Origin: the human T2T-CHM13v2.0 reference genome, Homo sapiens
DNA: 64,000 nucleotides
Assembly (NCBI RefSeq): GCF_009914755.1
Contig: NC_060926.1
Direction: 5' to 3' (one strand)
The translations under genes and the position numbers were made by a program. Of this stretch, positions 12,621-26,585 are shown in pieces; within the stretch, counting starts at the first letter, position 1, and each line of letters opens with the position of its first letter. The notes under the pieces are model-generated. The model worked only from the letters and a program-made list of their open reading frames with translations, ran no database searches and had not been told where the DNA came from.

Positions 12621-13474
12621 AGAATGTGTGTGTGTTAGAGGGGAGGAATGTATAAGCCTACAGAAAGATATATGAAAACATGAAAGTATTACCTCTCTTT
12701 AAACTTCTCAAAGAAATATTTTCCCCACAGGAAATTACTATTAAGAACTTAGCTTTTATATTTCTGGACCATTTTCAACATAGTTTAAAAGTATACAGTT
12801 TCTTAAACAAAGGCAAATAATCAGATACATATCAGTTTTACAAGTAATTTGTTTTCTAATCAACAATGAGTAATGGATCTCTTTTCATGTAAGTATATAA
12901 ACTTTTAATGTGTACATAACATTTCATATTGTGAATATACCATTGATTTAACCATTTCTAATAGTTGCAAATATAGGTTTTCTCCATTTTTTGATATTAT
13001 CAAAAACACTGCAATAAACACACTTGCACATTACTCTTTATTTACTTGTATATGTAAGGATGTATGCCTAGACCTGGTGCTGATGATTAAAAGAATACTT
13101 TAAAATTTGATAGATCTACAAAATCTCCCTCCAGAGCTTCTGTTTATTTCTACCACCAGTGTATGAAAGATATTATTTCTTCTCACTCTCTACCTTAGTC
13201 ATTATAAAATCTATTTGAAATATTATTTTCATTTTTACAGACTAAAAACATTCTGTTGTCATTCCAACGTGTATTTTTATGATGTGTATTTTATGCTTTT
13301 ATTTTTTGTTGTAAAATAGTATTTAGCATTTTTCCTGTTTATTCCTTATTTGTATTTTTTTCTTTTATGAATTACTAATTCATAGCTTTCACTTATTTTT
13401 TTTCTATTGGTTTGTTTGTCTTCTTATTAATTTGAAAGAACCTCTGAAATATTACGGGTAAAAACTGGCTACAT

Positions 13475-13775
<301 letters not shown>

Positions 13776-16673
13776 GCTGGCTACAAAAACTATAAATAGC
13801 TTTACTCCTGTGCCTCATCTATCTGTACCCTATTTACATTATCTATGCCATAGATAATTCCCTTCCTCTAACCTTTGTTTTCATCTTTGTTTAGAATATG
13901 TATTTATTTAAAGATATTTTTATTTTGTGCACAGTCAATATTGTCAATTTTATCTTTTATGGCTTATGATCTTTATGTTTTCTTGAAGATATAATCTACC
14001 AAAATAATATAAAATGTTCTCCTTTACCTTCTTCTTCCAAGTTTATCATTTTGCATTATGTTTATCAGAAACTTCATCAATTCAGTATGTATTATAGGGG
14101 CTGAACACTATTATAGTCTCAATAGATATGTAATTGTGCCAAGACTTTTACTAAATTATATGCCTCCTAATTTAAAATAATTTCTATTCTATTGTCATAT
14201 TTATAAAAGTTTCTTTCTTGGCTCCTTATTTTGTCTCAATAATTTATTTGGCAAATCAACATTTTTTAAATTACTGACATGTTATAATTTATTTTAACAT
14301 GCCAAAGTGTTTTCCCTTAGATTTTTCGTTCTTATTCCAAATTTGCTTTATTATTTCAATCCTTTTGCTCTTCCAACTATATTTTAGAGTCACTTTTTCA
14401 TGTTCCATTAGTTTTTTTTCATCGGGATTGCATTGAATTATATTAGTGTCAGTAAAATTTCTATCCTATAATATTTATATGAATTCATTTTACACACAGG
14501 TGTATGGGATGTCTCCTTACAGTCAGGTCAGAAATTTTCCAGTTCAGGAAAGCATTATAATTTTTGTCATATCATTTTCACACATTTCTTATCAAATATG
14601 CTTCTATTACATTTTATCTTTTGTTACTAGTATTAATTGAGTCATGGATTTTGTTGCTATTATAAGTTGAGTCTTATAGCTTTGTTATTATTATGATTTA
14701 AGTCAGAGTTTTCTATTACATTTACTAGAAAACTTTTTTGTATATTTATGTTTTATTCAGCCACCTTCTGGATTATTTTATCAGATATAATCATTTTCAA
14801 TGTATTCTTTTTAGATATCTTAAAATAATTTCTATTACATATTATATATTTTATGTATTTTTATTATAAAGTTTTCAAGTAGATAATCAAGGTGAATTGT
14901 ACAGCTACCATTTATATACAAAATATCTAGATTCTACCATTGACATTGTACTATATTTACTTTGTCACATATTTATTCATATATCAATGTTTTTCATCTA
15001 ATAATATACTTTAGATTTTGAAACATTTCTAAGTAAACCATAGACATCAATACATTTTCTACATGCTTCAGCATTCACAGTATTAACTAGAGCTTTATAT
15101 TTTTGTACATTTTTCTTTTAAAAGTAATTTACTTACAATGAAATGCACAAATCTTAAGTGAGTCTTCAATGAGTTTTGGGAAATGCACAAACCTGGCAAC
15201 AAAAGCCCATTAGCCAGAAAATTCCCTTATTCCTTTTTCTAGTCAATCTGTGCTCTCACCTTCTCAAAGGCAACCACTATTCTGAATTTTTCCTCCATCA
15301 ATTAACTTATCCTATTCTAAAAATTTTATAAATGGAATTATATGCTATCCAATTATTGTGTAAATATTATTTATTTCACTTATCATCTGTTTAAAGATAA
15401 AGTTGAAGCACTTTTTCATGTGTTTTTGGCTATTTATATACCATCTTTTGTAAAGCACTTGTTCAAATATTTTGCATTTAAAGAATCATATTGAATTTTG
15501 CTTTTTACTATTCAGTTATAAGAGTTCCTTGTATATCATAGATTCCGGACATTTTTTAGATACATTTTGCAAATATTTCTTCTCCCAGCCTGTAGTTGCA
15601 TATTTATTTATTTCTTATCTTTTGATAAACAGACATTGTTAATTTTGATAAAGTCTATTATGTTACTTTTTTCTATTGTATTAATATTTTCTGTTATTTG
15701 TTTATGAAAACTTTTAGTAGCTCCAAGTCATGAAGATATTATTCTATGCTTTACTCCCAAAGATTTATAAGTTTAGCTTTTATTTTTAGATGTATATGCA
15801 TCTTGAATTAATTTTTGTGTATTACACGAAGTAGGTATGAAGTTCCTTTCTCTTTTTTTAAAATTTTTTTTCAAGTTCCTTTTTCAAAACAATATTGATA
15901 CTTAGTTACTCCAGCATCATTTGATGGAATTAGTTTTCTCATTGCATAACTTTGTCACAAATCAAATGACAAGGTATGTGTGAACATATTCTGGGTTTCC
16001 TCTTCCATTCCATTTATTTATGTGTTGATCCTTATGCCAGCTACTGTTTTAATTATTGCAATTTTGCAGAAAGTTTTGAAATCAAGTCATGTAAATCCTA
16101 CAACTAAATTACTTTTCAAAATTGTTTTGGATAGTCTAGGTCCTTTCCAGTTCAGTATAAAATTTAAAATCAGTTCAATTTATACAGAAAAGACTACTGG
16201 GTTTACATTTGAAAGTGCATTGACTCTATAGATAAATTTGGGAAGAATTGGCATCATAATAACATTTAATTTTTTGCTTTATGAACATGGTATATCTCTT
16301 CACTTATTAAGTCTACTTTAATTTCTTTCCATGTTGTAGTTTTCCTTGTAGAGGTAATGCACATATTTTGTTATATTGATTCCCAAATATTTTATAATTT
16401 AAACACTATTGTAAATAAATTTTTAATTTAATTTTTCAACAGTTGGCTAAAAGTATATAAAAATTCAATTGAATATTGTATATTTACCGTGTATACTATA
16501 AACTAATTAAATTCACTTATTTATGAAGTTGTTTTGTATATTTTTTAAGGATTTTCTACAAAAACGATCATACCATCTGCAAATAGAAACAATCTTTCTT
16601 CTTTCTTTTAAATCTTTATAGCTTTTGTCATATTTTTTCTTTGCATTATTGCAATGTCTAGAACCTCCATTTC

Positions 16674-16706
16674 CACTTGATTTTAGCCAAAAGGCCTAGA
16701 AGTGGT
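16674..16706 (-). pseudogene. RNU2: 3'-truncated U2 snRNA retrocopy (about the first 33 nt)
   Basis: Reverse complement ACCACTTCTAGGCCTTTTGGCTAAAATCAAGTG vs U2 ATCGCTTCTCGGCCTTTTGGCTAAGATCAAGTG; TSD agaacctccattt (16660-16672) / agaatatccattt (16707-16719). Confidence 0.9.
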
Positions 16707-18394
16707 AGAATATCCATTTGAATAGAAGTTGTAAGTAGACATTCTTCTTTATTACCAATCTTAGAGCGAAAGCATTTAATATCTTACCATCAAACAGGAA
16801 ATAATCTGTAGAATTTTCATAGTGACTTTTATCAGATATCTTGAATTTTCTAAGGATGTTGGCATAAACGTGTTGAATCTTGCCAAATTATCTTTCTATA
16901 TTTATTAAAATAATCATAGGAATTGTTTCCCATTTATTCTCTTTAGATAGTGAATTATTTGATTTATTTTTAAACACTTTTAGATTTTCTAAGTAGGTGA
17001 CAATGACAGTTTATTCTCTTCTTCTAGTATATACACGTCTTATTGCTTTTCTTTTCTTCTTGCTGCATACATTAAGCCCTCTACCATGATGCTGAGTAAA
17101 CATCTAATGGCAATTGAATTTGTTACAAGTCTTTTAAAATCAAGAATGGTGGTTGAACAGTGCTTTTTCTAAATTCATTAAAATAACCATATATTTATTT
17201 CTAAAATATATTAACAGATTTATTATATGCATGGATTTCCTAGTGCTGAACTATTCTTACATTACTAAACATTACTTGATCATGATGCATTCTTCTTTCT
17301 AATAGATGACTATGAATTTTTATCTTAAAGTTTTTGTGTGCATAGTTATTGTTTGTGCTCTGTTTTTTTTAATTGTAATATCAAGGCTGTATTAGCCTTG
17401 TATTAGGCAATCAGTTTTCTTCTTTTACAAGGTTATAGGAAAATATAAATAACAATTATTTTCTGTTGCTTGAATGTTTGATTAAGTTATTTATAAAACC
17501 ATCTGCATCTGATCTCTTTTCTTTGCAGGCAAATGTCTCATAAAATTATTGATCTATTCATGTATCTTTTACTTTAATTTAAAAAATTCACATTTTCCTA
17601 TAAAATTATGTATTTCATCTAGAATTTCTTATATAAAATTATATATAATATTATCTTATAATTTTAAATTGGATAATTTCTATATCTATGGCTCCTTTTT
17701 TAGTTCTAATAGTTTTTATTTATATTTTTTCTATATTTTTATAATCTTTGACAGAGGGTGGCTATTTTGTTGATCTTTTATTAGAACTAGACCTTGGTTT
17801 TATGTGTTAATTGTATTGATTTGAATTTTGATTTCAGATTCATTCTCTCCTGTTTTATTATGCTCCCTCTTTCTTTCTGGTTCCAAGCATTTTCTAATAA
17901 ATGCACTTATGATTATTAATTTTCTTTTGATTACTGCTTTGGATATAACGCATCCATTTTTCTATGCAGTGTTCTCATCGTCATTCACATCTAAGTAGCT
18001 TTTACATTATGTTTATTTTTGATTTTTTAACCCCAAAATTAAATAAAACAGTATTTTTAAAATCTCAGCAGTTTGTTTTTTTTGTATTAGCTATTTATTT
18101 TTTGTTAAAATGTACCTTATATTATTTCTGCTGATTGGAATCCTTTGGGATTTCCATTGTAGCCTACAATATTGTCCATTTTTATAATTTATCATGAGTA
18201 TTTTAAAATATGCAGTCTTAATTTTATTTTTATTGATATTATCTATATATTACTTTTGTTCTCTTGATCTATTACTTTTTGAAAAGGATTTTACTCTGGT
18301 TAAATCCCTATGTGCTTTGAAATAATTTTTGCTTTATGAATATTTCCAAACTATATTCTTCATAGAATAAAACTATGTTTTTGAAAAATTTTCA

Positions 18395-19560
18395 AAATGT
18401 ATTCAATATCTATCATGTACCAGATACTTAGAAATACTGGTCAATAAGACAGAATTGTACCTTCTCTGCCTTAAGGTCATACAGTCTTCTAAAAATAATC
18501 ACAGTAATTTCTGGTAATGATAATGCTATGAAGACAATAAATACATTAGAAAACAGCATTTATAATGAGCTCAGAAGGATTTTTAAGCAGATGAGTAACT
18601 ATCTAACTTACATTAAAATAGAGCATTTTGGATGCTCTAGGGATGTTAAAATTAAAAATGGGAACATCATTTAACAGGCTATTGCAGTGGATTAGAAAAG
18701 ACATGATGATGGTTTGCATTAGGATCATGGTGGGCCAAATCAGTGAGGAGGATGTGATAGAAGTATTACTTTCAAGGCTTTGGCTTAAGCCACTGAATAG
18801 ATGGTACAGTCTTCACTGGACTGTACAGAAACACATTTGAGAATGTAGAAACACTAAGGACAGAAACACATTTGAGAATGTAGAAACACTAAGGACAGAA
18901 ACACATTTGAGAATGTAAAGTATGAGTGGGCATTTTAAGAGGTAACTGGGCAGGGATTGTGCGGAAGTCAAGACATGCTTTGAAAATGTCACAGTCCTTA
19001 TTAATATGCAACTGGATATATCAAGAAGGAAGCTGGATATATGAGCCTGGAATTCAAGGGAGTAATCAGGATTGGAAACTAAAGTTGAGAGTCGATAGCA
19101 TACAGATAAAATCATGGAACTGGATGAACTTACATAGAGACTTTGCATAAATGAAGATACGGGAGCCAGTACTGATCCTGGATCTATAAGCACTTAGAAC
19201 AGCATAGAGGAGGAGAAGAAGGAGTGAGAAAAGGAGCTTAAGTTAGAGCAACTTAATAAATATAAAGGAAACCAAGAGAAACGAGTCAGACAAGACAAAA
19301 GAACATATGCTTCCAGAAAAAAGAAATGATCAAATGTGTTGAATGCAACTGAGATGTAGAATAGGATGAGAATGAAAGATTACCACTATCTTTGGCCACA
19401 TGGAAGAAATTAATAACCTTGACAAAAGGAATTTCCAACCAGAGTTGGGTTTGAAAATAAATGCAAAGGATTTGTGCAGTGAATGGGAAGTAATGAAATA
19501 GAAGTAGCAAGTGTTTTGAGTTTATCTCAATGAAATTCAGAGGAACAATGTATTGAACTG
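18395..19560 (-). mobile_element. LINE-2 relic
   Basis: Purine-rich L2-like phrases ('gaagctggatatatgagcctggaattcaaggg', 'gaaatgatcaaatgtgttgaatgcaactgagatg', 'gccacatggaagaaattaataaccttgacaaaagg'). Confidence 0.75.
18825..18917. repeat. 35-bp tandem repeat, ~2.6 perfect copies
   Basis: cagaaacacatttgagaatgtagaaacactaagga starting at 18826, 18861 and (partial) 18896. Confidence 0.95.
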
Positions 19561-21621
19561 GGTTATTTTTCATTGTATGTACTGATGTAACAAAAGGAAA
19601 GGTCATTTCATCTAATAAATTCAATTTAGGAGATTGAGGTGATCCCATTTATTGCATTCAATTAACTATTTAAACCCTGCATTGTTTTCTTCCTGGGATG
19701 TTCCCAGATTGATGGAGTAGATTAAGTATTTAAAGCAAACAAACGAATACAAACCTTGACCACTTCGAGTTGATGTGAAGAATATTCCTCTGTTTTTCTG
19801 GGTCTGTCAAAACTTCATTGTTTCTATTGTGAAATGCTACATTCCCCATTAATTACATCATTTGGGAAATAATTCATCACTACTGAAACTTTCCCACCAG
19901 AAACCTTGGACATGATACAGGTTTTCACTTTGGTTCCATTAAGATTTTATTTTAATATGTCTAACCTTCTGTCTGACAAAGGTGATTTTTTTTTCTTGCT
20001 CTACTTTTCATCTCTAGTGTAATGCCAAAAATGAGGTTTCTCATGCACAATCTTATTACTGGTAGCAATTGTATCATATCAAGTGACTTTTCTGGCAGCC
20101 AGCAGCAAGATTTTAAAAAACCAATAAAAAAAACTTTCTTTTCGCTTAGAAAAAGGAAATCCCAAGATGCTTGATTAAATGTATTCTGTCTCTTTTTACC
20201 AATGATTTCACAAAAATTGAATAGGAATACTTGATCACTTTACAATCATCTCCTTTCTTAATGAAATAAAGACATGTTGAAAATAGTATCTTCTACATAC
20301 TATCTCAACGATCCCAAATGTGTGATTAATACTCATATAGGGAATCTTGTAACTAATCTTTTTAGACATATTAATTTATATTTCAGCCCAAACTCTTGAT
20401 TCTGTTGATTAGGACTCAGAAGGGTAGGAGAAGAATAGCATTCATATTTTTAACGGCTAGAGTCTCTTTGAAAATCCCTAAGGAAAGAGACCTATTTTCA
20501 AAATAGAATAGATAAAGCATGACTTTGAAGGAAGTTTCAATAGGTCTTGTGAAAAATGATGGCAAATGGACACTGTGACCACTTCAGTTTGTGGAGGGTA
20601 GTTCTCACCAAGGCCTTACCTGGATTATCTAGAAAACGGGTTTTTATCTAAGAGGGATGTGAAGATTTGGCTGCTCAGAGAGGCATCCAAAGAGGTTGTA
20701 GAGATGAGCAGTTATAATAAGGGAGTATTCTCAAAAGCAGGGAGAAAATGTTTGCCAAAACTACCCACTGTTATTTCATAAATTAAAATATGGATTTCTC
20801 TTAATTTTTAATAAATGTTGTATCTACAAAGGAAAATATGCTCAGAACAGTGACTGGTCCTCTTGGTAATTGGAGCAACATTTTAAGAAATCTAAGTATA
20901 AAACTGACTTAAGCCTTGAAACGCTTGTAAAAATCAGAAATCTGCCAGTAACATGTTGGGAAGGAATTTACCAGATTGAGTTTCAGTGTTAATAGATTCA
21001 GATTTGTTTGCCATTCTACTTGATTGGTAGATAAAAGTGGTTATCTGTGGATAACTGAGTTAGCAAATGAATGTCAATGGATCAAAAAACACACCTTGCA
21101 ACATGAAATCCTGGAATGTGGAAATTGAAGAACCCTTGTACCATGAACCAGTATTATCCGGTAGATTCATGATAAAGTAAGCCATCAGGAATGGTATCTG
21201 AAATCTTTCTGTAATGACTATAATGGTCAGAAATGTAACTCAGTGAAAACATTTCCTACTGATTTGGGGTCAATCTTAATATGTTACCCAGGTTAATGTC
21301 ACCCTTTCTTTAGGAAATAATAAAGAAGTGGTTGTATCCTCATCCCACAGGAAGTCCAAAGGGAACTTTGAATTGCTTGTAATGATTGCTTTCTACTGGC
21401 CTGAATGAATTAACTGCCTCCTCAGGGAATGGTGTTCGGTCTGTGCCAAAAAGATAGAGAACTTTAAGCTTGTAAATGGAGAATGTGTCAGAAATTAAAA
21501 AGAGGATGGCAGCAGATACCAAGATCTGCTGGAGCAGAAATGCATAGTCTATGATTATTAATGGACCGATTATCTAAGCTCTCTGTTTATCCTCTAGTTA
21601 TATTTTTCATGTAATAGGGTA

Positions 21622-21870
21622 ACATTTTATTAAGGTTTTACTCTGTGTCAGGCTCTGTGCTGATGTTTACTGTGTATTTAACCCACTGGGAGGGGTGCTA
21701 TTGATACTGTTTTACAAATGAGGAGAATTGGGACCAAGAGATGTTAAAACCAAAACCTAAACAAACAAACAAAAATCTGTCCTGATTTACTCAGCTAGCA
21801 AGAGCAGAGCTGGGATTTAAAACCTAGACAGTGTGACTCTAACTATGTACTCCTAACCATTATGCTACAC
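21622..21870 (-). mobile_element. MIR relic
   Basis: 'tactctgtgtcaggctctgtgctg...ttttacaaatgaggagaattgggacc...cagagctgggatttaaaacctagacagtgtgactc'. Confidence 0.75.
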
Positions 21871-23181
21871 CGTCACCTTTAACCTAAGGATGGGCCTATG
21901 CCACAAAGAGGCAGACAGAGTTTAAATCAATAAAGAGAATAAAGAAATTATCTCAATTGAATGCTAGCTTTGCATTTTCAATGAGGCACAGTTTTTTCTG
22001 CCCTCCATTATCAAAATTAGGGGAATTATATCTGCTAAGATTTTATATTTTGGGGGGAAAGTTTGGAAAACCTCTAGCTGATAATTAAGGCCGTCAACTA
22101 CTGCAGCCTACATTATGATTGCTCCTGGTATCTAGAAATTGCCAGAGCATTTATGAAAACATAAATCAATCAGTACTCAATAGTTATTATCCCTTTTACT
22201 GTAAATTTGACAATTAGAAAAAAGCTCTAGAGATGAAGTCTTCTCACATAATCTTTATGCATGAGTAATTCCCGGCATAGACTCTAAGAAAGATAAAGGA
22301 GGATAATAATAGAATAGAAGGATATGAGAAACTTGAAAACCCCAGTATGTAAAACTGATGAGAGAGTGAAATGCCAGAACATTTTATTCACACTTAAGCT
22401 TCTGGGGAAAAATAATCAGTGAGGATCAACTTGTCCAAGGTTATCCAATTGTCTTTCTGGCTGAGCAATTTGATATTTGACATTTTATTGTGTTTATCAA
22501 AACTCTAATACCATACTCAGAATATTCTCAATCAGCTTTGCTTCATTTTTTAGGGTTTGGGGGTAGGAGGGCAATTTCACATTGTAGGATAAGTTACTAA
22601 TAGGCATTTCTTGCTTTTTATCAAATAGTCATTTATGAGGAATTTAGTTTTGATTAAGTAGAAGGTATTAAACATTTTTCCACTAAGAACTGTTATGGCT
22701 GACACTAAAACTCTGTTGAATGACACACAAATCCTTTGCTCATTTATTTTTTCATTTTAGTATTTGAAAAGCTGAAAATACCTTGCTCAATCAAAAAAAT
22801 TTTTTGCTGTCAAAAAAATACGTTTCTTCTTGCCAAAGATAGTAATAACTGTTCATTTTACCAAAAAGCCATAATGCATTCCGGTCCCCCTTTTTTTTTT
22901 TTTGTCATGGAAATATAAACTTAGGAATTAAGACTGGGTTGTTTGCCTGACAGAGTTAGAATCAGAGAAAGCATAATAACACATGAAGAGTTTTGTAATG
23001 CTTTAAAAGTCTATATGGAGTTGCTGTTCCCCAGAACCTTCCAAGTGACTTAATCTCTTAACTTCCAAGTCACCTAGAAACTTTTACCTCAGACAGTTTT
23101 TAAAATTGTGCTTTCTCATCTCTTCATTGAAAGATACAAGAATAATAAACATAATTTCTTTAATCCAACTTGGCCTAGGAG

Positions 23182-23295
23182 TAAGATAATCTTCAATTAA
23201 TCATCCAAACTGGAACACCAATTTGAGTAAAAGAGGCCATTATTAATAATTGCCACAGGTGTAAAATGCATCTATCCAATGGGTGTTGTTACCAA
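23182..23295. mobile_element. MER81/MER94-like hAT-Blackjack MITE
   Basis: 'tcatccaaactggaacacc...tgagtaaaagaggccattattaataattgcc' resembles the recalled consensus; perfect 8-bp TSD cctaggag (23174-23181 / 23296-23303). Confidence 0.7.
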
Positions 23296-24494
23296 CCTAG
23301 GAGCAATTTCCCTAGACATGAAGTGACTGGAAATGACTACAGGAATTGAAAAATCTTAAAATTCAAAATACTTTGAAAAGCAACATTGCTGTGTTCTCTG
23401 GAGGCCTGTGAGAGTACATTAAATAGCTATGGAATTTTATTTCAGGTGTTTTCTCTAGATGACCAGGTTTTAAATTCTAAGCTTACAAGGATAGTTAATT
23501 TATTTAGTTCAGCTTATTAGCACACGTTGAACCTAAAAATCTTATTATTTCTTTTTAGCAGTTCTTTTCAGTTCAAGATGCAATCATTTCTTCCCTGACT
23601 AGGTCTACAAAACACCAGCTATCTGTAAGCACGATTACTAGGTAGTTACTTTTCTAATCACTGCTACGAGTTCCCTCTGGTTCTTCTTAATGTCTCTGAG
23701 AAAACCATAAACAAACCTGCTTCTGGGTTTTTCCCCACTTTTATGCTTATGTTTGTAGAATCTACTTTTCATCCGAAGCATTATCTGGCCTCCCCACTAA
23801 TTTACTGTAACATTCACTGTCTCCTGTTCTGGGTTCTTGTAACACTTAATGTCCTTGATGTTTATAAGAAGCACCATTTATTACTGTAATATTTTTGTGT
23901 ATGTATATCATAATATCTCCATTAGACTGCAAGTTATTTGAAGATAAGGACCAAATCTCATGTTTATTTTCTCTTTCCTTTTCTGCTTTCCCATAACTAA
24001 CACAGAATCTTGCTATGGCAGGGATAGATTGGCACGTATTTTCTAGCCTGTACTCTTCCTGTCTCTAGGCTAAACACTCCTCTGCCTGTAGCACTGAAGA
24101 TCTAGGCCGTACTCATAGGTGACACAGCTGGTTGCTCAAGGCTGATTTTTACCAAGATGGAACCTAACCCATGCGGCATCAATTAGATTCTAATTTCTAA
24201 AAATAGGACCCAGGAAGGACAATTAGTTTTTGTTGACTGCTCATCCTGAGTCAATGTAAAGACAGAGATGGGGAGGTCATTTACGGTCATGTGGATAGGA
24301 GTCAACATGGCATGAGAACAAAAAAAAAAAATGAAGCCAGGCTTCCAAAAGAAACAGAAGTGAGGGGCCATGTGCCGGGAAGTTGGAGAACATAACCTAA
24401 TCTCCTGTCCTTCTGGCCAAAGCCACTTCCAATCATTCTTTTCCACATATCCTAATTTTATCTTCTCCATAGCACCTATCAGAGTTTGAAATAA

Positions 24495-24794
24495 TTTTTT
24501 TTTTTTTTGAGATGGAGTTTCGTTCTTGTTGCCCAGGCTGGAGTACAATGGCACGATCTTGGCTCACTGCATCCTCCACCTCCCAGGTTCAGGTGATTCT
24601 CCTGCGTCAGCCTTCCTGAGTAGCTGGGATTACAGGCATGCATCATCACACCCGGCTAATTTTTTTGTATTATTAGTTGAGATGGGGTTTCACCATGCTG
24701 GTCAAGCTGGTCTCGAACTCCTGACCTCAGGTGATTCGCCCGCCTGGGCCTCCCAAAGTGCTGGGATTACAGGTGTGAGCCACTGGGCCTGGCC
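24495..24794 (-). mobile_element. AluSq/Sp-type Alu inserted in an L2 3' end
   Basis: Poly(T) then gagatggagtttcgttcttgttgcccagg ... ggcc; flanking tgaaat..ttttt repeats; L2-like text on both sides. Confidence 0.95.
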
Positions 24795-26232
24795 TGAAAT
24801 GAAATTTTTAACTTATTTGGCCATGAGTGTATTTTGTGTCTCTCCCTTCTAGAATGTACTTCATATCAGCAATGACTTTGGCGTGTTCACTGCTGCCTCT
24901 CTAGCACTTGGACCAATATGCCTAACATAGCCACACTCAATCATATATGTGGAATAAATGAAGACACGAATAAATATTTAAATGAATTCCTCTTTCTTAG
25001 AAGTTTAAGGGACTTGGAGCACAGACCATGTTGATATATTCAGAGGGAAAATCAGAACACGAGGTGTGACTTGGGACAGGGGAGTCACAGTGGAAAGTTC
25101 TTAACCAGGCTGAGGTTACACAGTGGTTTGGGGAAATAGAAGAGAAAGAAGGAACAGGGAAAAAGAGGTCCCAAAAAAGAGATTGGGAGGAAATCAGAGA
25201 ATAAGCTCTCCATTTAGAGATTTTGCTGTTTGCTGCCCTTGTACGACAGCAGGTAAAGTAAGTGCCTCCAAATAGCCAGCTGCCAGGATAGCCTGAGAAA
25301 GGGGTGGGAAACAGGGGCTGGAGAGAACAGAAGACTTGGGGCCTTTTACAGCAAGTGCAAACTTTCACACCTGTCGCTATAAATCAAGAGGTTTATGGGG
25401 CTGCAATATTTACACTGTAATTAAAAAATCATAAAGCAAGCACCCTTTCAGGTTGTGGAAAACAAAACTCTCAAGTTCTACAGCAGCGGCTGTTAATCAG
25501 TTACTCCTAACGATCTGCTGCCCAGATTGGGTGCTTACTCGGCCACAAACAGCAAACAGGACAATGGGAGAAAGTGGGATTTGCACACGATAACGGCTTT
25601 CAGAGGTGGCTAGGACTTGGCCAGAAACCTTTCAGTTTACTGCATAGTCTCTATTGGAGCTTGGGAAAATATTTTCTGTGAACCTAGTTGGCAGCTTAGG
25701 TTTCCTTCTCCCCTGTTCCCATGTGGAACTGAAGTCCATTTACTAAGGTGAGTATGGTGGCAGTATTAGGCACTGTGGGTAGGGTTAGTGGCAGACACAG
25801 AATTTAACATGGGGGAATAACTTACCTATGGAAGTGGCAGACCCACCACATGCACCTGGAATTGCAGACCTGAAAACTGGGCAAGCTGAAGTTCACCTCA
25901 GTCTTTTTGGTGTCTCCTGCCCTTCTGGTAGGTCTTCTTTCCATCCAGAGGCCAGGCCCGCCAGTTGCTGTTGGGCACACAGAACAGTCCAGGCCAGTCC
26001 TTCAGGCTCCTGCCTGTTTCTGCACCCTTTACCGCCCTCTCATTCCCCTCCACCTCATTTCAACCTCAGGGGCCTTCTTTCAGCTCCTGGAAGGAATGGT
26101 GCTGTCTCACCATCAGGGCCTCATATGCTTTCTGCCCAGTATTCCCCTGCAGCGTTCCTTCTCATTTTTCAGATCACTGCCTTAGAATGGTCTGCTCTAA
26201 ATTGGAGAAGCCATCCCTGTGTTTTATCCTTT

Positions 26233-26394
26233 CTAAATTTGTTTTTCATTGATACATAATATTTGTACAATTCATGGGGTACATGTGATATTTTGTTACA
26301 CGCATAGAATGTGTAATGATCAAGTCAGGATATTTACGATATCCATTACCTCGAGTGTTTATCGTTTCTATGTGTTGGGATAATTTCAAGTCCT
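26233..26394 (-). mobile_element. L1MA 3'-end fragment
   Basis: 'gatacataatatttgtacaattcatggggtacatgtgatattttgttacacgcatagaatgtgtaatgatcaagtcagg'. Confidence 0.85.
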
Positions 26395-26419
26395 GTCATT
26401 GTCTTCCACAGCACTTTCC

Positions 26420-26585
26420 ACAATCAGTGATGAGATACTCATGCTTTCACTTTCTTCTTTTTCCTCACCGTGTTGCTCAACCATGGCATGGCTCTTTCAC
26501 ACACCCCTGAATATACAAGGCCTTGCACAGTGTCTGGCATATAGAAGCTTAATTTACACTTGTTGAATGAATGAATGAATGAATA
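26420..26585 (+). mobile_element. L2 3' terminus
   Basis: 'gcacagtgtctggcatatagaag...tgttgaatgaatgaatgaatgaat' terminal (TGAA)n. Confidence 0.75.

Noticed and set aside
18825-18917. 35-bp repeats as a CRISPR-like array
   Set aside because: Head-to-tail with no spacers, in a eukaryotic context
25828-26259. 143-aa ATG-initiated ORF
   Set aside because: No recognisable domain; runs into L2/L1MA sequence; overlapping ORFs in all three frames point to composition rather than coding
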